A DNA stretch of 64,000 bases. It comes from Mobula hypostoma (taxonomy: Eukaryota). Below the pieces are notes generated by a model, which did no database searches, was not told where the DNA came from, and saw only the letters and a list, made by a program, of their open reading frames with translations. Shown here one piece after another: positions 25,720 to 38,800 of the stretch. Location of the stretch: positions 219,668,001 to 219,732,000 of the forward strand of contig NC_086097.1 in the NCBI RefSeq assembly GCF_963921235.1. Reading direction: 5' to 3'. Every line of letters begins with the position of its first letter. The stretch's first letter is position 1. The translations under genes and the position numbers were made by a program.

Positions 25720-25930
25720 CCCTGGTCATCACAGAGTGCTTCATGGCCAATGAATTATTGTAGAAATGTAGTTCCTTTTATTCACAGCCGGCAACCACAA
25801 AGTGATAATGTCTAGGAAATCTGAGTTTGTGATGTTAATTGAGAGATAAATGTTGGTTTTTACAGAGGGGTGATTACCCTACATTTCTTTAAAATTGTGC
25901 CATGAGAGCTTCCTTGTCGACGTGAGAAAT
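25720..25930 (-). mobile_element. DeuSINE (AmnSINE1/SacSINE1-like) remnant
   Basis: gtgatgttaattgagagataaatgttgg...aaattgtgccatgagagcttcc resembles the Deu-domain consensus as I recall it. Confidence 0.55.
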
Positions 25931-26220
25931 GGGATTTAGTGCTGAGTTGTTTATTTCAGGTTCCAATATCTACTTGAGTGTTCAGGATCGAACTTCTTTT
26001 AAAAAGGCAGCGATTACAAAATATGTTGCTGAAATAGGATTTCAGCCTTTTGTCTCAGAGGTAAAAGCAGCACTTTTATCAGCTCCAGTGCCGTTGGGTG
26101 TTGTTGGGTTCTGGTCAGTCTTCATAAGCGTTCAAATTCAGAATGCAAACATGCTGACCTGCCTTCTATAACACTCCACTGCAAAATGTTTACCCAAGAG
26201 CAACATTTAAGAGCCATAGC

Positions 26221-26408
26221 AGCACACATAAAATGTGGAAATGAATAAACAGTTGACGTTTCATGCCAAGACCCTTCCTTAGGACTCAAATTCTGGACTC
26301 AGCCCGAAATGTGGACTGTTTGTTTATTTCTACAGATGCTTCCTGACCTGCTGAGTTCCTCTAGCATTTTTTGTTGTGTTGCTTTGGATTTGCAGCATCT
26401 ACAGACTT
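26221..26408. mobile_element. Penelope-derived mini fold-back element
   Basis: aataaacagttgacgtttc...aggact followed by the inverted gcccgaaatgtggactgtttgtttatt and the pLTR end. Confidence 0.65.
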
Positions 26409-26819
26409 TTTCATGTTGATTATATAAGAGACCTATTTTTGTTGGTTTGTTGTGTCTTGGCTCTCAATAATATTTGTGGCTCTTCAGCAGTGGGATAAGT
26501 ATATATTTGCAGTCATTGGAACTCTTTATATATCATATGGAAGTATAAATGATAAAAAAACATACCAGTTAGTTTCTTGTTTAATAGGGAAAATTATTTC
26601 TCTGGATCTTTTAAGATGGTGGCCACTACATTCCCTCACAGTCTACTGCTGGATGGCAAATGAGGGCAGAATGGAACTTAACTGTAATGCATTTCATAGT
26701 CAAAGAGTTTTCTGATGTTCATTTAATTATGACAAATTTCGTTTATATACAGATTATAACTTATCCCAAATTTTGCAAAGAAAAATGTGGAAACCAGCCA
26801 CGGAACCAAGTGGAGACTA

Positions 26820-27008
26820 GAACAGATAGAGTCATAGAGTAATACAGTACTGAATACAAGCCCTTCAGCCCAACCATACAAATTGTCCCAAATTCCTGCG
26901 TCTAGCCCATATCTCCCTAAGTGTGCCCCTCCATGTCCCTATCCAAGAGCTTCTTAAATGATACTATAGTACCTGCCTCAACCACTTTCTCTGGCAACTC
27001 ATTCCAAG
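26820..27008 (-). mobile_element. CR1-type 3' tail
   Basis: atagagtcatagag tail; cctgcctcaaccactttctctggcaactcattcca. Confidence 0.7.
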
Positions 27009-27639
27009 ATGAATTACAGTTTGGGAAAATGGCATGGATGATCTTAAATTTATAAATTACCACCAGTTAGATGAATTGCAGGGTACTCCTAACCATTACC
27101 GAAATTGTTAGGCTCTGAGTCACCATATTCAGGGAATTGATGAGGAATTGGTTTCAGAATGTAATAATAACAGGATCTAATGTGGAAACAAAAACTGGTG
27201 CCTTTCCAGAAATCTGATTAGTGGCAGTTTGGGTGAGCCAGTGAATAACGATAGCCTTTCCTGTCTAAAACAAATAGAGTACTTTGGGCAATATTTCTGC
27301 TTTACTTATTCATTCTAAAAACACACACCTTTTGAATTTTTTGCATTCCTCCCATGAAGGATCAACTCCAACATTGCTAACAAACCTGCTCACAGGGGCG
27401 GAGCTCTTGTGGTACAACAAACTGATCTCTCGTGTGCAGAGGCTAGCTGCCAGTTCTCCGGTACCCCCATAAACTTCTCTCTGGACCACAATCCCACCAC
27501 AAAACATCAGGTTTCCGAGCAACTGTTGACACTGTTGACCTTACTTCCTCTGCAGATCTTCCTGAAATGTGGTTAGCTAGTGGCATTGCCGGTATTTATT
27601 GGTTTGTGCATAATGGCCCCGAATAGAAGAAGTTGTTAA

Positions 27640-28370
27640 GCGCCTCCATCTTAATAGTCTCCCAAATATGTGCCTGCATTACTGTCCTTCCTGAAGTCCA
27701 CAGGCAGGACTGTTTCAGTGGACCCAAGATTCAGCCTCTTCTTGTCCCAAAGATCTAATTTCTTTCCTCCCTGACTATATTCTTTCTTCGTGCATGCAAT
27801 CCGGTTTACATCTGTGACACCTCAGACACAGTCCATCACCTGAAGTTTCTAGTCTCCTTGGTCTGTTTTCACTCCTGGATATCCAATCTGTTTCACCAAC
27901 CCACACCAAAATAACCTCATGACTATCTGAACAAAGACGCCTATCCTTTGCACCACCACTCTCTTTTGCTTGCTCCCATATTGAACAATCTCTTGTTCAA
28001 CTGCATTCATTTCCCCCAAATGAAAGGGGCAGCAATAGAAACCCAGTTGGGTTCAAGCTGTGGCTTTCTCTTGGCAGATTGCACAAGAGTAGCATTTCTT
28101 TTAGAGTCATGGAGCCAAATGTCACAGAAGCAGGCTCTTTCAGTCCAACTTATCCAGGCCAAGATGTCTATCCAAACTATTTTCAGTTGCCTGCATTTTA
28201 GTTCTGTCAGGTTTCCTTGTTCACCTTTATGTGTACATCAGTGAATTTGTTCTCATACAAAGCTCAGCAGTTTGTCAACTTTGCTGGCAGTTCCTCCTCT
28301 GCTCTCACCTTCACCTGGTCCATTTTTGACTCCTTTGCCTCTTCTCAATTTCTCCATTTCATTTAAGGAA
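27640..28370 (+). mobile_element. Degenerate Penelope-like reverse transcriptase
   Basis: LPEVHRQDC; YICDTSD; LNNLLFNCIHFPQMKGAAIETQLGSS (cf. QxKGVAMGTxMGPS); FVNFAGSSSSALTFTWSI. Confidence 0.7.
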
Positions 28371-29171
28371 CTATATTGGGCAGCTCTCTTAATTTTCCCC
28401 ATTTCTGTTTGACCTGAGTGTGTGTATCTTTAAATCTTATGTGGGCCACATGCTATTATTTCTGGTTTATTAGTTCAGCTGTTTTTGTTAGCTGAGGATT
28501 GCTCGCCAAATTGAGATAACATGCTCATCTGTTGTGTTTATATCAGTACTGGCCATTTCTCCCTGCCTTTATTTGGGTTCAGATTTTATTTTTTTCTCTC
28601 TCTTTTTGTATAGTCTGTCTGCTGGATAGTTATGTTAACACATGTCCTTAAACCCCAGTTAAGGAATAGGTGTGCAGCATGGGATAGAATCAGATGCTGA
28701 AAAAGATCCAAAGCAGATCCTTGGTGATGGTACCTAAGCAGATAAGATAGGCAGAGGGATGACACGGAGAGACTGAGATAATGTGGAGATTACAGATTTA
28801 CTTTGGAAAAAAAAAACACTGGTAATGATTAGCAATATACACTGCCCACCTAGCACTGGCGGGTTTTTGATTTTATCGCCATCTGGGCCCATTTCATGTT
28901 TGTGTGCTGCTAATTGTGGATTTGGAGAATCAGACAATCTGACCATTGTATATTAATTTCAAATTGTTTACAGGGGCAAGTCAGCCCCAAAATTTCTTCA
29001 TGTTCTATTAGAGTAAAAACTGCCAGTGACACTAAGTTGGCTCAGCAATGGATATGACATTGTCAGTACCACAGAAAATGGGCATGGGGTGGGGAGAGTG
29101 CTTGGGAGATTGTCACACCATGATGTGCGATTTGAACAGAACAAGCAAGTGTGTTTCTGCAGCCTGAAGTT

Positions 29172-32100
29172 AGACCATTAGACGCTGGAGCAGTAATAGG
29201 CCATTCAGCTGATTGTGTCTGCTCCACCATTCCATCATGGCTGATTCCTTATCCGTCTCAACACTATTCTCCTGCCTTCTCCCTGTAACCATTGTCGCTC
29301 TGATTAATCAAGAGCCTATCATCATCCTTAAATATACCCAAATGACTTGGCTTGCACAGCCATCTATGACAATGAATTCCACAGAGTTACCACGCTCTGG
29401 CTAATGAATGTTTTCCTTATCTCTGTTCTAAATTGACATTCTTCTAGTCTGAGGCTATAGACTCAACCACTATATGAAACATCCTTTTAACATCCACTCT
29501 TTCTGGGCCTTACAATATTCGATAGGTTTCAATGAGATCCCCACTCATTTTGCTAAAGTCCAGAGAGTACAGGCCCACAGCCATCAAACACTCCTCATAT
29601 GTTAACCTTTCCATTTTCATGAAACTCCTTTGGATCTTTTCCAATACCAGCACATCCTTTGATAGATAAGGGCCCAGAACTGCTCACGATATTCCATGTG
29701 CAGTCTGTGGCCTTATAAAACCACAGCATTACATCTTTGCTTTTGTATTCTAGTCCTCTCAAAATTAATGCTAACTTTGCATTTGCCTTGCTTACCACCA
29801 ACTCAACCTGCAAGTTAACCATTAGGAAACCCTGCATGAGGACACCCAAGTCCCCATGCACCTCTGATTTTTGAATTGTTTCCCCACTTAGAAAATAGTT
29901 CATGCCTTTATTTCTTCTACCAAAGTGCATGACCATACGCTATATTCCATCTGCCACTTATTTGCCCATTCTCCCAATCTAAGTCCTTCTGCAGACACCC
30001 TGCTTCCACAACACAACCTGCCCATCCATATATCTTCATATCATTTGCAAACTTGGCCATAAAGCCACAAATTCCTTCATCCAAATCGTTGAAATATAAT
30101 GTGAAGGAGTCCCAACATGATCCCTGCGCAACACCACTAGCCACTGGCAGCCAATCAGAAAAGGCTCCCTTTATTCTCACTATTTGCCTCCTGCCAATCA
30201 GCCAATGCTCTTTACATGCACCTTTCCTGTAATACCATGGGGTCTTAACTTGTTAAGCAGCCTCAGGTGTGGCAACTTGTCAAAGGCCTTCTGAAAATCC
30301 AAATAAACAACATCCACTGACTCTGTCTATCCTGCCTGTTATTTCCTGAAAGAATTCCAATAGATTTGTCAGGTAAGATTTCCCCTTAAGGAAACCATGC
30401 TGACTTTGGCCTATTTTGCCATGTGCTTCCAAGTACTCCAAAACTTGATCCTTAATGATAGACTCCAATGCTTTCCAACTACTGAAGTCAAACTAACTGG
30501 CATATAATATCCTTCCTTCTGCCACCCTCCCTTCTTAAAGAGTGGAGTGACATTTGCAATTTTCCAGTCCTCCAGAACCTCCTAGAGCGTAGTCCATTTG
30601 GTCCAGGTGACTTATCTAGCTTCAGACTTTTCAGCTTCCCAAGCATCTTCTCCTCAATTCTGTCCTCTGACTCTCTCACATTTCTGGCATTCTGTTAGTG
30701 TCTTCTACAGTGAAGACTGAGACAAAATACTTCTAAATTTCATCCACCATTTTGTTGTCCCCCATTACTACCTCTCCAGCATCATTTTCCGATGGTCCGA
30801 TTTCCACTATCATTGCTCTTTTACTCTTTAGATATCTGAGAAAACCTTCTGTATACTCTTTTACATTATTGGCCAGCTTACATTTATATTTCATATCTTC
30901 TCTCTTTATGGCATTTTAGTTGCCTTCTCTTTTAAAAAAATATCCCAATCCTCCACCTTCCCACAAATCTTTGCTATATTATATGCCCACTCTTTTGTTC
31001 TTATGCTGTCTTTGACTTCCCTTGTCAACCACTTTTGCCTCATCCTCTTTTTACAATACTTCTTCCTCTTTGGGATGTATCTTCCTGCACCTTCTGAATT
31101 TCCTCTAGAGATTCCAGACATTGCTGTTCTGCCAACACCCCTGCTAGTGTCCTCTTCCTAACAGTTTGGGCCAGCTCCCCTCTCATGCCTGTGTAATTCC
31201 CTTTACATTCCTGTAGTACTGTCACATATGAACTTTTAGCTTCTCCTTTTCAAACTGCAGGGTGAATTCAATCATATTTACCTTACACTCTCTAAACAAA
31301 TCTGGATCATTACATAACACCCAATCCAACATTGACATTCCCCTAGTGGGCTCAACAACAGGCTACTCTAAAAAGCCATCTTCTTTGCATTCTACAAATG
31401 ACCTTTCTTGGATCCTGATTTTCCCAATATACCTGTATATTGAAATCCCCCATCAGTATAGTAACATTGCCCTTTCTATCTACCCTTGTAATTTATTGCC
31501 ACATCCTGACTACTGATCAGGGGCTTGTATGTAACTCCCATTAGGATCTTGTTACCCTTGCAGTTTCTTAGCTCTACCCACAAGGATTTTATATCCACCG
31601 ATCCTATGTCACCCTTCTCTAAGGGTTTGATTTCTTTTTTTAACTACCAGAGCCACCCCACCCCCTCTGCCTACCTGCTTGTCCTTTTGACACAAGGTGT
31701 ATCCTTGGATGTTAACCTCCCAGCTGTGACCTTCTTTCAGCCACAACTCGGAAATGCCCACTACATTATACCTGCCAATCTCTAACTGGGCATCAAGATC
31801 ATCTACCTTACTCTGTATACTGTGAGCATTCAAATATAACACTTACAGTCCTGTCATAGTCATAGTATCATAGTCATACTTTATTAATCCCGGGGGAAAT
31901 TGGTTTTCGTTACAGTTGCTCCATAAATAGTTAAATAGTAATATCTAAATTATGCCAGTAAATTATGAAATAAGTCCAGGACCAGCCTATTGGCTCAGGA
32001 TGTCTGACCCTCCAAGGGAGGAGTTGTAAACTTTGATGGCCACAGGCAGGAATGACTTCCTATGACGCTCAGTGCTGCATCTCGGTGGAATGAGTCTCTG

Positions 32101-33040
32101 GCTGAATGTACTCCTGTGCCCACCCAGTACATTATGTAGTGGATGGGAGACATTGACCAAGATGGCATGCAACTTAGACAGCATCCTCTTTTCAGACACC
32201 ACCGTGAGAGAGTCCAGTTCCAACCCCACAACATCACTGGCCTTACGAATGAGTTTGTTGATTCTGTTGGTATCTGCTACCCTCAGCCTGCTGCCCCAGC
32301 ACACAACAGCAAACATGATAGCACTGGCCACCACAGACTCGTAGAACTTCCTCAGCATCGTCCAGCAGATGTTAAAGTACCTCAGTCTCCTCAGGAAATA
32401 GAGACGGCTCTGACCTTTCTTGTAGACAGCCTCAGTGTTCTTTGACTAGTCCAGTTTATTGTCAATTCGTATCCCCAGGTATTTGTAATCCTCCACCATG
32501 TCCACACTGAACCCCTGGATGGAAACAGGGGTCACCGGTACCTTAGCTCTCCTCAGGTCTACCACCAGCTCCTTAGTGCTGTATCCATCACCCTTTTGAT
32601 TTTGTTCCCATGTTACACTTTAACTCATCCCACTGATTGCAATGCCCTGTCCTTCCTGACAGCTTCACTACACACTGCCTCTGCTTGTAAACCAACATCC
32701 CTATCCTCAGCCCTATCACTCAGTTTTCCATCGCCCTGCAAAATTAGTTTAAACCCTCCACAACAGCTCCACCAAACCTGCCTGCACAGATATTGGCCCC
32801 CCTCGGGTTCAAGTGTAACCCCTCTTCTCTGTATACATCACAAGAGATCCCAATGATCCAGTAAATCTGAAACCCTGCCTTCCCTGCCAATTCCTCAGCC
32901 AAACTTTCATCTGCCAAATCATCTTCTTACCCTCACTGGCTTGTGGCGCAGAGATAATTTCCCCAGAGGTCCTGTTTTTCAACTTTCTACTGAACTCCCT
33001 ATGTTCTCTCTTCAGGACTGCCCCCCTTTTCCTACTTATG
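29172..33040 (-). mobile_element. Near full-length degraded CR1-type LINE (end of ORF1, APE endonuclease, RT, 3' UTR)
   Basis: LYLNAHSIQSK..VGISELWL..RGGGVAL (APE); QHGFLKGKSYLTNL and KFANDMK (RT); ORF1 esterase-like WLRNW..RQGFRF; many stops and frameshifts; interrupted at 31855-32574. Confidence 0.9.
31853..32574 (-). mobile_element. Young 5'-truncated Rex1/Babar LINE nested in the CR1
   Basis: Open frame FYESVVASAIMFAVVCWG...HPLH...RCSTERHRKSFLP; aataaag(tatgac)n tail; possible TSD agtcctgt 31847-31854 / agtgctgt 32575-32582. Confidence 0.9.
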
Positions 33041-33681
33041 GCAGTTAAAGGAGTCCAAGCCAATGCAGTCCTTGATTTGTAAGCTAATATTGTTCTGATT
33101 ATTCATAAGGCCATCCTGCACTCAATTAGAGAATATTGCTACAGATTTTGAATCATTGTTTATGTAGAGAAATATCAGTAAATAGTTGGATCTTTTTTTA
33201 AAATCAATTTGACCTGTATCTTCTTGGACTGTCACGGATTAATCTGAATTATCATTTTGAATTTACCACTGGATGAAAACTACCTTTTTAATAGCTCCTG
33301 AAATAGATGTGTATCTCAGCACAATCTTTCCAAGTGGCTATCAGGGGCATCCTAAGGGTTTTTAGGGCCAGGTTTTGCTGAGTTTTTTTTTAAAGAATCA
33401 AGGCTATCTCAAAACCACAATAATTTCCTTTCAGTTTACAGCTGAATTTTCTTATTTATGTGAAGAACTGAAAGGTACCTCTGTAAAAGTGTATTTTTCA
33501 TTGAACATTTGAAAATAGTTAGCTCTTATGTAAGGTTTGACTGCAGTAATGTGTGCTGTACACATTCACACCTTTGCTTGGCAAACTTTTGGTTCATCCC
33601 AGCCACAGAACCCAAAGTCTGAGGTGAAGGATGAATGTAGTGTATTTCAAACAAAAAAGAATAAATACTTCATAGATGCTT

Positions 33682-33850
33682 ACCTTGGCTCAGTAGCAGT
33701 TTTCTCACCTTCTGGTCAGAAGGTTAATGGCTTGTCATCCACCAGGACTCGGGTACAGCAGATCTTTTATCTGGATAGGAGATTGTGAAATGTATAGGGA
33801 ACTCTCTTTGGTGGTCAATGATGTAAAAATGATTTAAAAACCCATGTAAG
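33682..33850 (+). mobile_element. DeuSINE-like remnant
   Basis: tRNA-like head ccttggctcagtagcag..tcagaaggtt, then gatgtaaaa...cccatg. Confidence 0.4.
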
Positions 33851-34217
33851 ATGGCAATATTAGGTGCAAAATGATCTAACAAAATATACTTAAAGATAAC
33901 TTCCAATGAAAGTTGAGCCATGAAATATCAAATCTGAAGCACAAAGTGGGCTGTTAGCAATATTGTCCTGTTTTAGGAGCACAGCATGGGAGATTAAACA
34001 GAGGAAGGTTACCTTGTCTTAACTTTCGGATCAGAGCATGATGGCAATGCAAGATTATTGAATATGGAGTGGAGCACACTCCTGCTCTGCATTCAAAGCA
34101 ATTGATATTACCCAGTTTATTCACCTTTTCCTCCCTCACCCACATGCTAGATGTGCTTGCATACCACCAGAACAAAGCAATGCAATATTTCCTGTGGAGA
34201 ATTCATATATTTAATAT

Positions 34218-34472
34218 GGCAGCACAGTAGTGTAGCAGTTAGTGATTTACGCGACAGGGACTCAGGTTCATTTCCTCCTGTTGTCTGTAAGGAGTTCATA
34301 CATTCACTCCATGACCGTGTGCATTTCCTGTGGGTAATCCAGTTTCCTCCCATATTCCAAAGATGTGTGGGTTAGTATGTTAATTGACAAATTGGGTGTA
34401 CTGTATACGACAGCATGGATTTGTCGGGCTGGAAGGGTCAGTATCTGTGTTGTATTTCAAATAAAAATAAAA
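34218..34472 (+). mobile_element. V-SINE
   Basis: ggcagcacagtagtgtagcagttag...gtttcctcccatattccaaaga...ggctggaaggg...aaataaaaataaaa. Confidence 0.8.
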
Positions 34473-35349
34473 TTTAGAGTTGTACAGTGATTATTTCTTA
34501 TTGATTAAATACAAGCTCATTTGATTAAATACCTTTAATGCTTACTCCTAAAACAATAAATGGAGCTGCTCAAGTTTATTTTCTAGAGTTTTGGAAAGCA
34601 AAAGGCAGGAATGAGTTCCAGAGTTCTCAGAGAGTGTGCTGAGTTGCCGGTGAAGCAGTTCTGCCCAGCCACTGCTGTGTTAACAATTTTATCAGCCGAT
34701 CAGACAGAATGAACCTCCACCTCGAAAGGACTGGAGCCGTTAGGGGAAAGTACTCTCATTGAATGCGCTGCAAATGTTTAAGGAATGATGAATGTTTCAG
34801 CCTTAACTGATAAAAGATAAGACCAAGTGCTATTTTGAAAATCAGTTTTATTTTCACTGATAAAACTCCGTGGAGGCAATAAATGTCAACCAAATCAAAC
34901 ACTCAGAATTTACATTGTATTTCATTTCGCTTTGAGAATGCCAGACATGGCTTTCAAAGTGCTTCTATAAACTTACTGACCAATCCATTTGTTTATAGTG
35001 TGACTGTGGTGGAAAAAAAGGCAGAAGATTAAAAGCACAGCTGGAACTAGGGTGACGAACAAAAGTTTTCATGACTATAACTTATCAAATAAATAATTAA
35101 GGTAAAACATCAACTAATTTATAACCATTATTATCACCGCATTTGATTTAATTTAACTTTATAGGTACAGAAAATTGATTATTCTCGTGTTTTTTGTCTT
35201 AACAGCCAAAAACGCATGATTTTACTTAAAAGTAATGAAATTGAAAAAAAATACACCTGAAGGGAACCAAACATAAAAACTTAAAGTTCAAGCACCGTGA
35301 ATGTTAAAGTGGGAGTAATGTGCCCGTATTTACCTTATTGTGAAGTTTT

Positions 35350-35840
35350 CTTGGAGGTGGGGGGAAGGGTGTCCCTTGGGATTCCAGGGGGCTGTGTTAA
35401 ATAACTAACAGCTAACTGTCGGCAAAAAAAAACGTTCACTCTCCTCTTGTCCAGCACCTCCCCTTCCCTCATTTATAGCAGTCTTTTCTTTCACACGCTC
35501 TCAGGTTACTGGTGCTTAAAGTCTTAAAAAACTAAAGTTTTTATGTCCTTGTCCCAGCCTCCTGGTTTTAAGAGCCACCCAGCTCCAGTGATTGGATTGG
35601 ATAAGCTGTCTTGTGCTGAGTGTTTGAGGACGTGTTTCAACAGATGGTTGGGGTTAGTTTGTGTCATCACATGTGAGTGGGGGTTAGAGAAGGAAGGCTG
35701 TACAGTAGGAACTGTGTGGTCCCCGTGAGAGTGCACTGCGTGTGGAAAGCAGATCCCTTCAAGAAGATCACTTCAGCAAGGCATAAAGGAATACAATCTC
35801 TCAGGTACAGGAAAAGGCATTTTATTTTTTCAGGGAGATT
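35350..35840 (+). promoter_or_regulatory. Candidate promoter / non-coding first exon
   Basis: Lies in a TE-free island. G-rich box, tandem reverse CCAAT gattggattgg 35590-35600, GATA, E-boxes cagatg and tcacatgtga. Strand and function are inferred. Confidence 0.4.
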
Positions 35841-38800
35841 TTTTAAAGTGCTTGGAATGTAACTAGTATAAAACTTGTCTTTTCTGTCAATTACTACTGT
35901 TTGACTAATATAACCAAGTTTTTTCTATATGTTTGGGCATCAAGGGTAATTAAGTTTCTTTGTCCTTTTAAGTTTTATAATGAACTTAAAAGGACAAAAG
36001 GTGTTTCTAACAAATCGCCTCAGTCTCAGTGAGGGCAGACTTAGTTAAGCTGCAGTGGGAAGCAAGAGCTCAGGAGGTTAGGAGCCTCAGTCTTCAATCA
36101 GCCTTTACTTGTTTGCAGTGATACCACTAATGGGAATCACAAAGGCAGTAATATGCGCTGTGATGGAAGTGCAGCAAGCACAGCCTGCTTCAGTCTTTGA
36201 CACTTACTGTTTTCTATCCATTTACACATTGTCAATGGGAAACTAACAGACATGTTTTAAATGCTCATTTGACACATTATTTGTAATAGATTGAATTATC
36301 AGCAATGGAGCAAAATCAACTTATAACCATACTACTTTGATATATTAATATTTTAAAGATTTTCTTACTAAATATCAAGAATATTAAAGCATATCTAAGC
36401 ACAAAATTTTGACGTGATTTTTCTAGCTGTAAGAAAGTAACGTACAACATGTTTCCAATTACAATTGCACCAAATACAGAAAATAGTTTGAGCACATTTT
36501 CTTTTACTTTCTAACGCTTAGAGTATGAAAGATGTCATTTTGGACAAATTCCAACAATAACAAACATTTTCTCACCAAGGGTTTGAGACTGCTGTGAATA
36601 TCATTGGTTCTCTGTATTACATACAGTACTTGCGTTTTCTGCATTGACCAGTTTTGCAGGACAGAAGTATAGGAGTTGCGCAAAAAATAGTTTATATATA
36701 TAATTTATTTGTTTATATCTATTTCTTTCACCTCAGACACATGGGTTTAAGTGCATCCCTTTGTAATGTGAATAATATTTGCATGTGTCTTCTGGAGCAA
36801 CAAGTGTATGAGTGTTTTTGTGGGAAGTTAAGCATCTCCCTATGTGCAGTGCCTAACAGCAAATCTCTGGAAGCTGATTGATGAAATATTAGGTGTATGC
36901 ACCTGTAGATTTACAGTGCCGTGTTGTAAGAGCAGCACCCAATGACTGAACCCTGTACAACAATCCCTCAGAAAATAAGAGTACAGAATGAGGGGAAAAA
37001 AATAGCAAATCATTTGCATGAATAGATAATGTGAAAACTAATAATAACATTATATGGAGAAAATGAAAAAAAAAATTGTTAATCCCCATGCGTTGTGTTA
37101 AAGGTTCTTTTGTTCAGCATTTGGGTTTTCAAGCACAGGTTGCTCTCAACCAACAAGTAAAATGTAAATTGCTAGGACTTGCCAGTAGTATGAAAGATCT
37201 GTGAAAAAAAACTCGTTTTGCTGACAGCCAGGTTTAGCGTGTGGCAACGGTTTTACACTCGAGTTCCATTTGGTTGCACAAGATCCACATTTCAGGAGCC
37301 AAGCATGGTACTCATGCGGGTTCCACGTCATAAAAAAGCTCCTTTAAATTTGTTGAGCCTTCACATCCACGCACCATGAATTCTGTACAGCTGCACCAAT
37401 GTCCTTGAAAGAGAAGCACTGATGTTATAAGAGAAATTGAATGTATCTATATACTAAAGAAAAAAAATTACTCATGCCAACATGTTTTAAAACTATGCAA
37501 TAAGATTTATATTGGCTTATTTATCATCCAGCAGTTCTGCCCATGTCAGATCTGTGGACATCAGTTTGGCATCCTGCTGCATGGAGCTCAAATAGCTCTC
37601 CCCAGATATAAAGCAGATTTGGAAGAACCTCAAATGTCCCATAGTTTAATGGACTAGTATGGAAACTTAAAATACCCATCATTATGTTTTATTGATAAGT
37701 TACTGCCAATACTTATGTGTTGGTTGCCTGCTGACTGACAATACTAGTGGACAGGACGGCAGGGAAATTATTGTACTTATTCTTTTGCTCTGCCGTTCCA
37801 TTGATCCTGTTGCTAAAGGTCAGCAAAGCAAGGTTCTTTAAGTTTTCCCAGTCTCTTGACTTCAATGTAACACTGACTTCTTATTTTCAAATCTAAACCC
37901 AAGCCTGAGTCAGTTTTCCAGTCCAGTATCAGGATGCAGCAGGTTTGGTCATTAATCTGACCATCTGGCAGCCCGTAGTAACCCCCTTAAGGACCACGTT
38001 TGGCTCAAAAGCCTGGTTTTCCAGAATGTTGTGGGTGCACACTTTCCATTTACGAAGTTGGGTGCTAAATGTTGATTCAATTTTTTTAAATGGGCACTAC
38101 ATCTTGAAAATGTTAAGCCCCATTGTCTCACTCAATAGTGACCTGTACTTTTTTTCCTTTCTTGCATCTACCTCATATGTGCTGCATTAAAAGCAGTTGC
38201 TAAACATATTCAGTAGATTTGGCTATTGTGATTCAGAGGAACTAAACTGTCCAGGAATTTGATCTTGTCTTACAAGTTTCTAAAAGTGTGCTAAGTGTGG
38301 AATTTAAGAGACATTCATGAGTAACGTGATTTGAAACATACAGCAGGAGTTTAATATTGTATCTTACCATGTCCGACCAATAATAAATGAAACTGTTCAT
38401 GTGTTGATAACCGTAGCTAAGAGAAAATCAGAAGATTAGACCTGTTGGAGGCAGTTGATGCATCAAATCTAAAATGATGGTATATTCTGTAAACATTGGG
38501 GTGACAATATGTGCAATTCCATTTTCACTTGATCCAGTTGCATCTACAGTACTTTGTTACAATATATGGCGTGAGCCATATGTGCAGTTCAATTTAATCA
38601 AAATATTCAGTTCATGTAATCGATTAATTTGAATTCAAAGCTTGTGCTATGAAATTTGCTGTTTTATTCAAACTTAATTCATTAAAACTAATTTAGATTT
38701 CCACTGGTCCAACGTATTGTAACTGAAGTTGAATTAATTCCTGAGATTACTGGAAATGTTTTTTTTGTCTTTCTTCAACTGACCTGGTAGAGTGATGGTG

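Noticed and set aside
35560..35840. Assigning a gene name to the candidate first exon
   Set aside because: No coding sequence is available to identify the gene; a database search is needed
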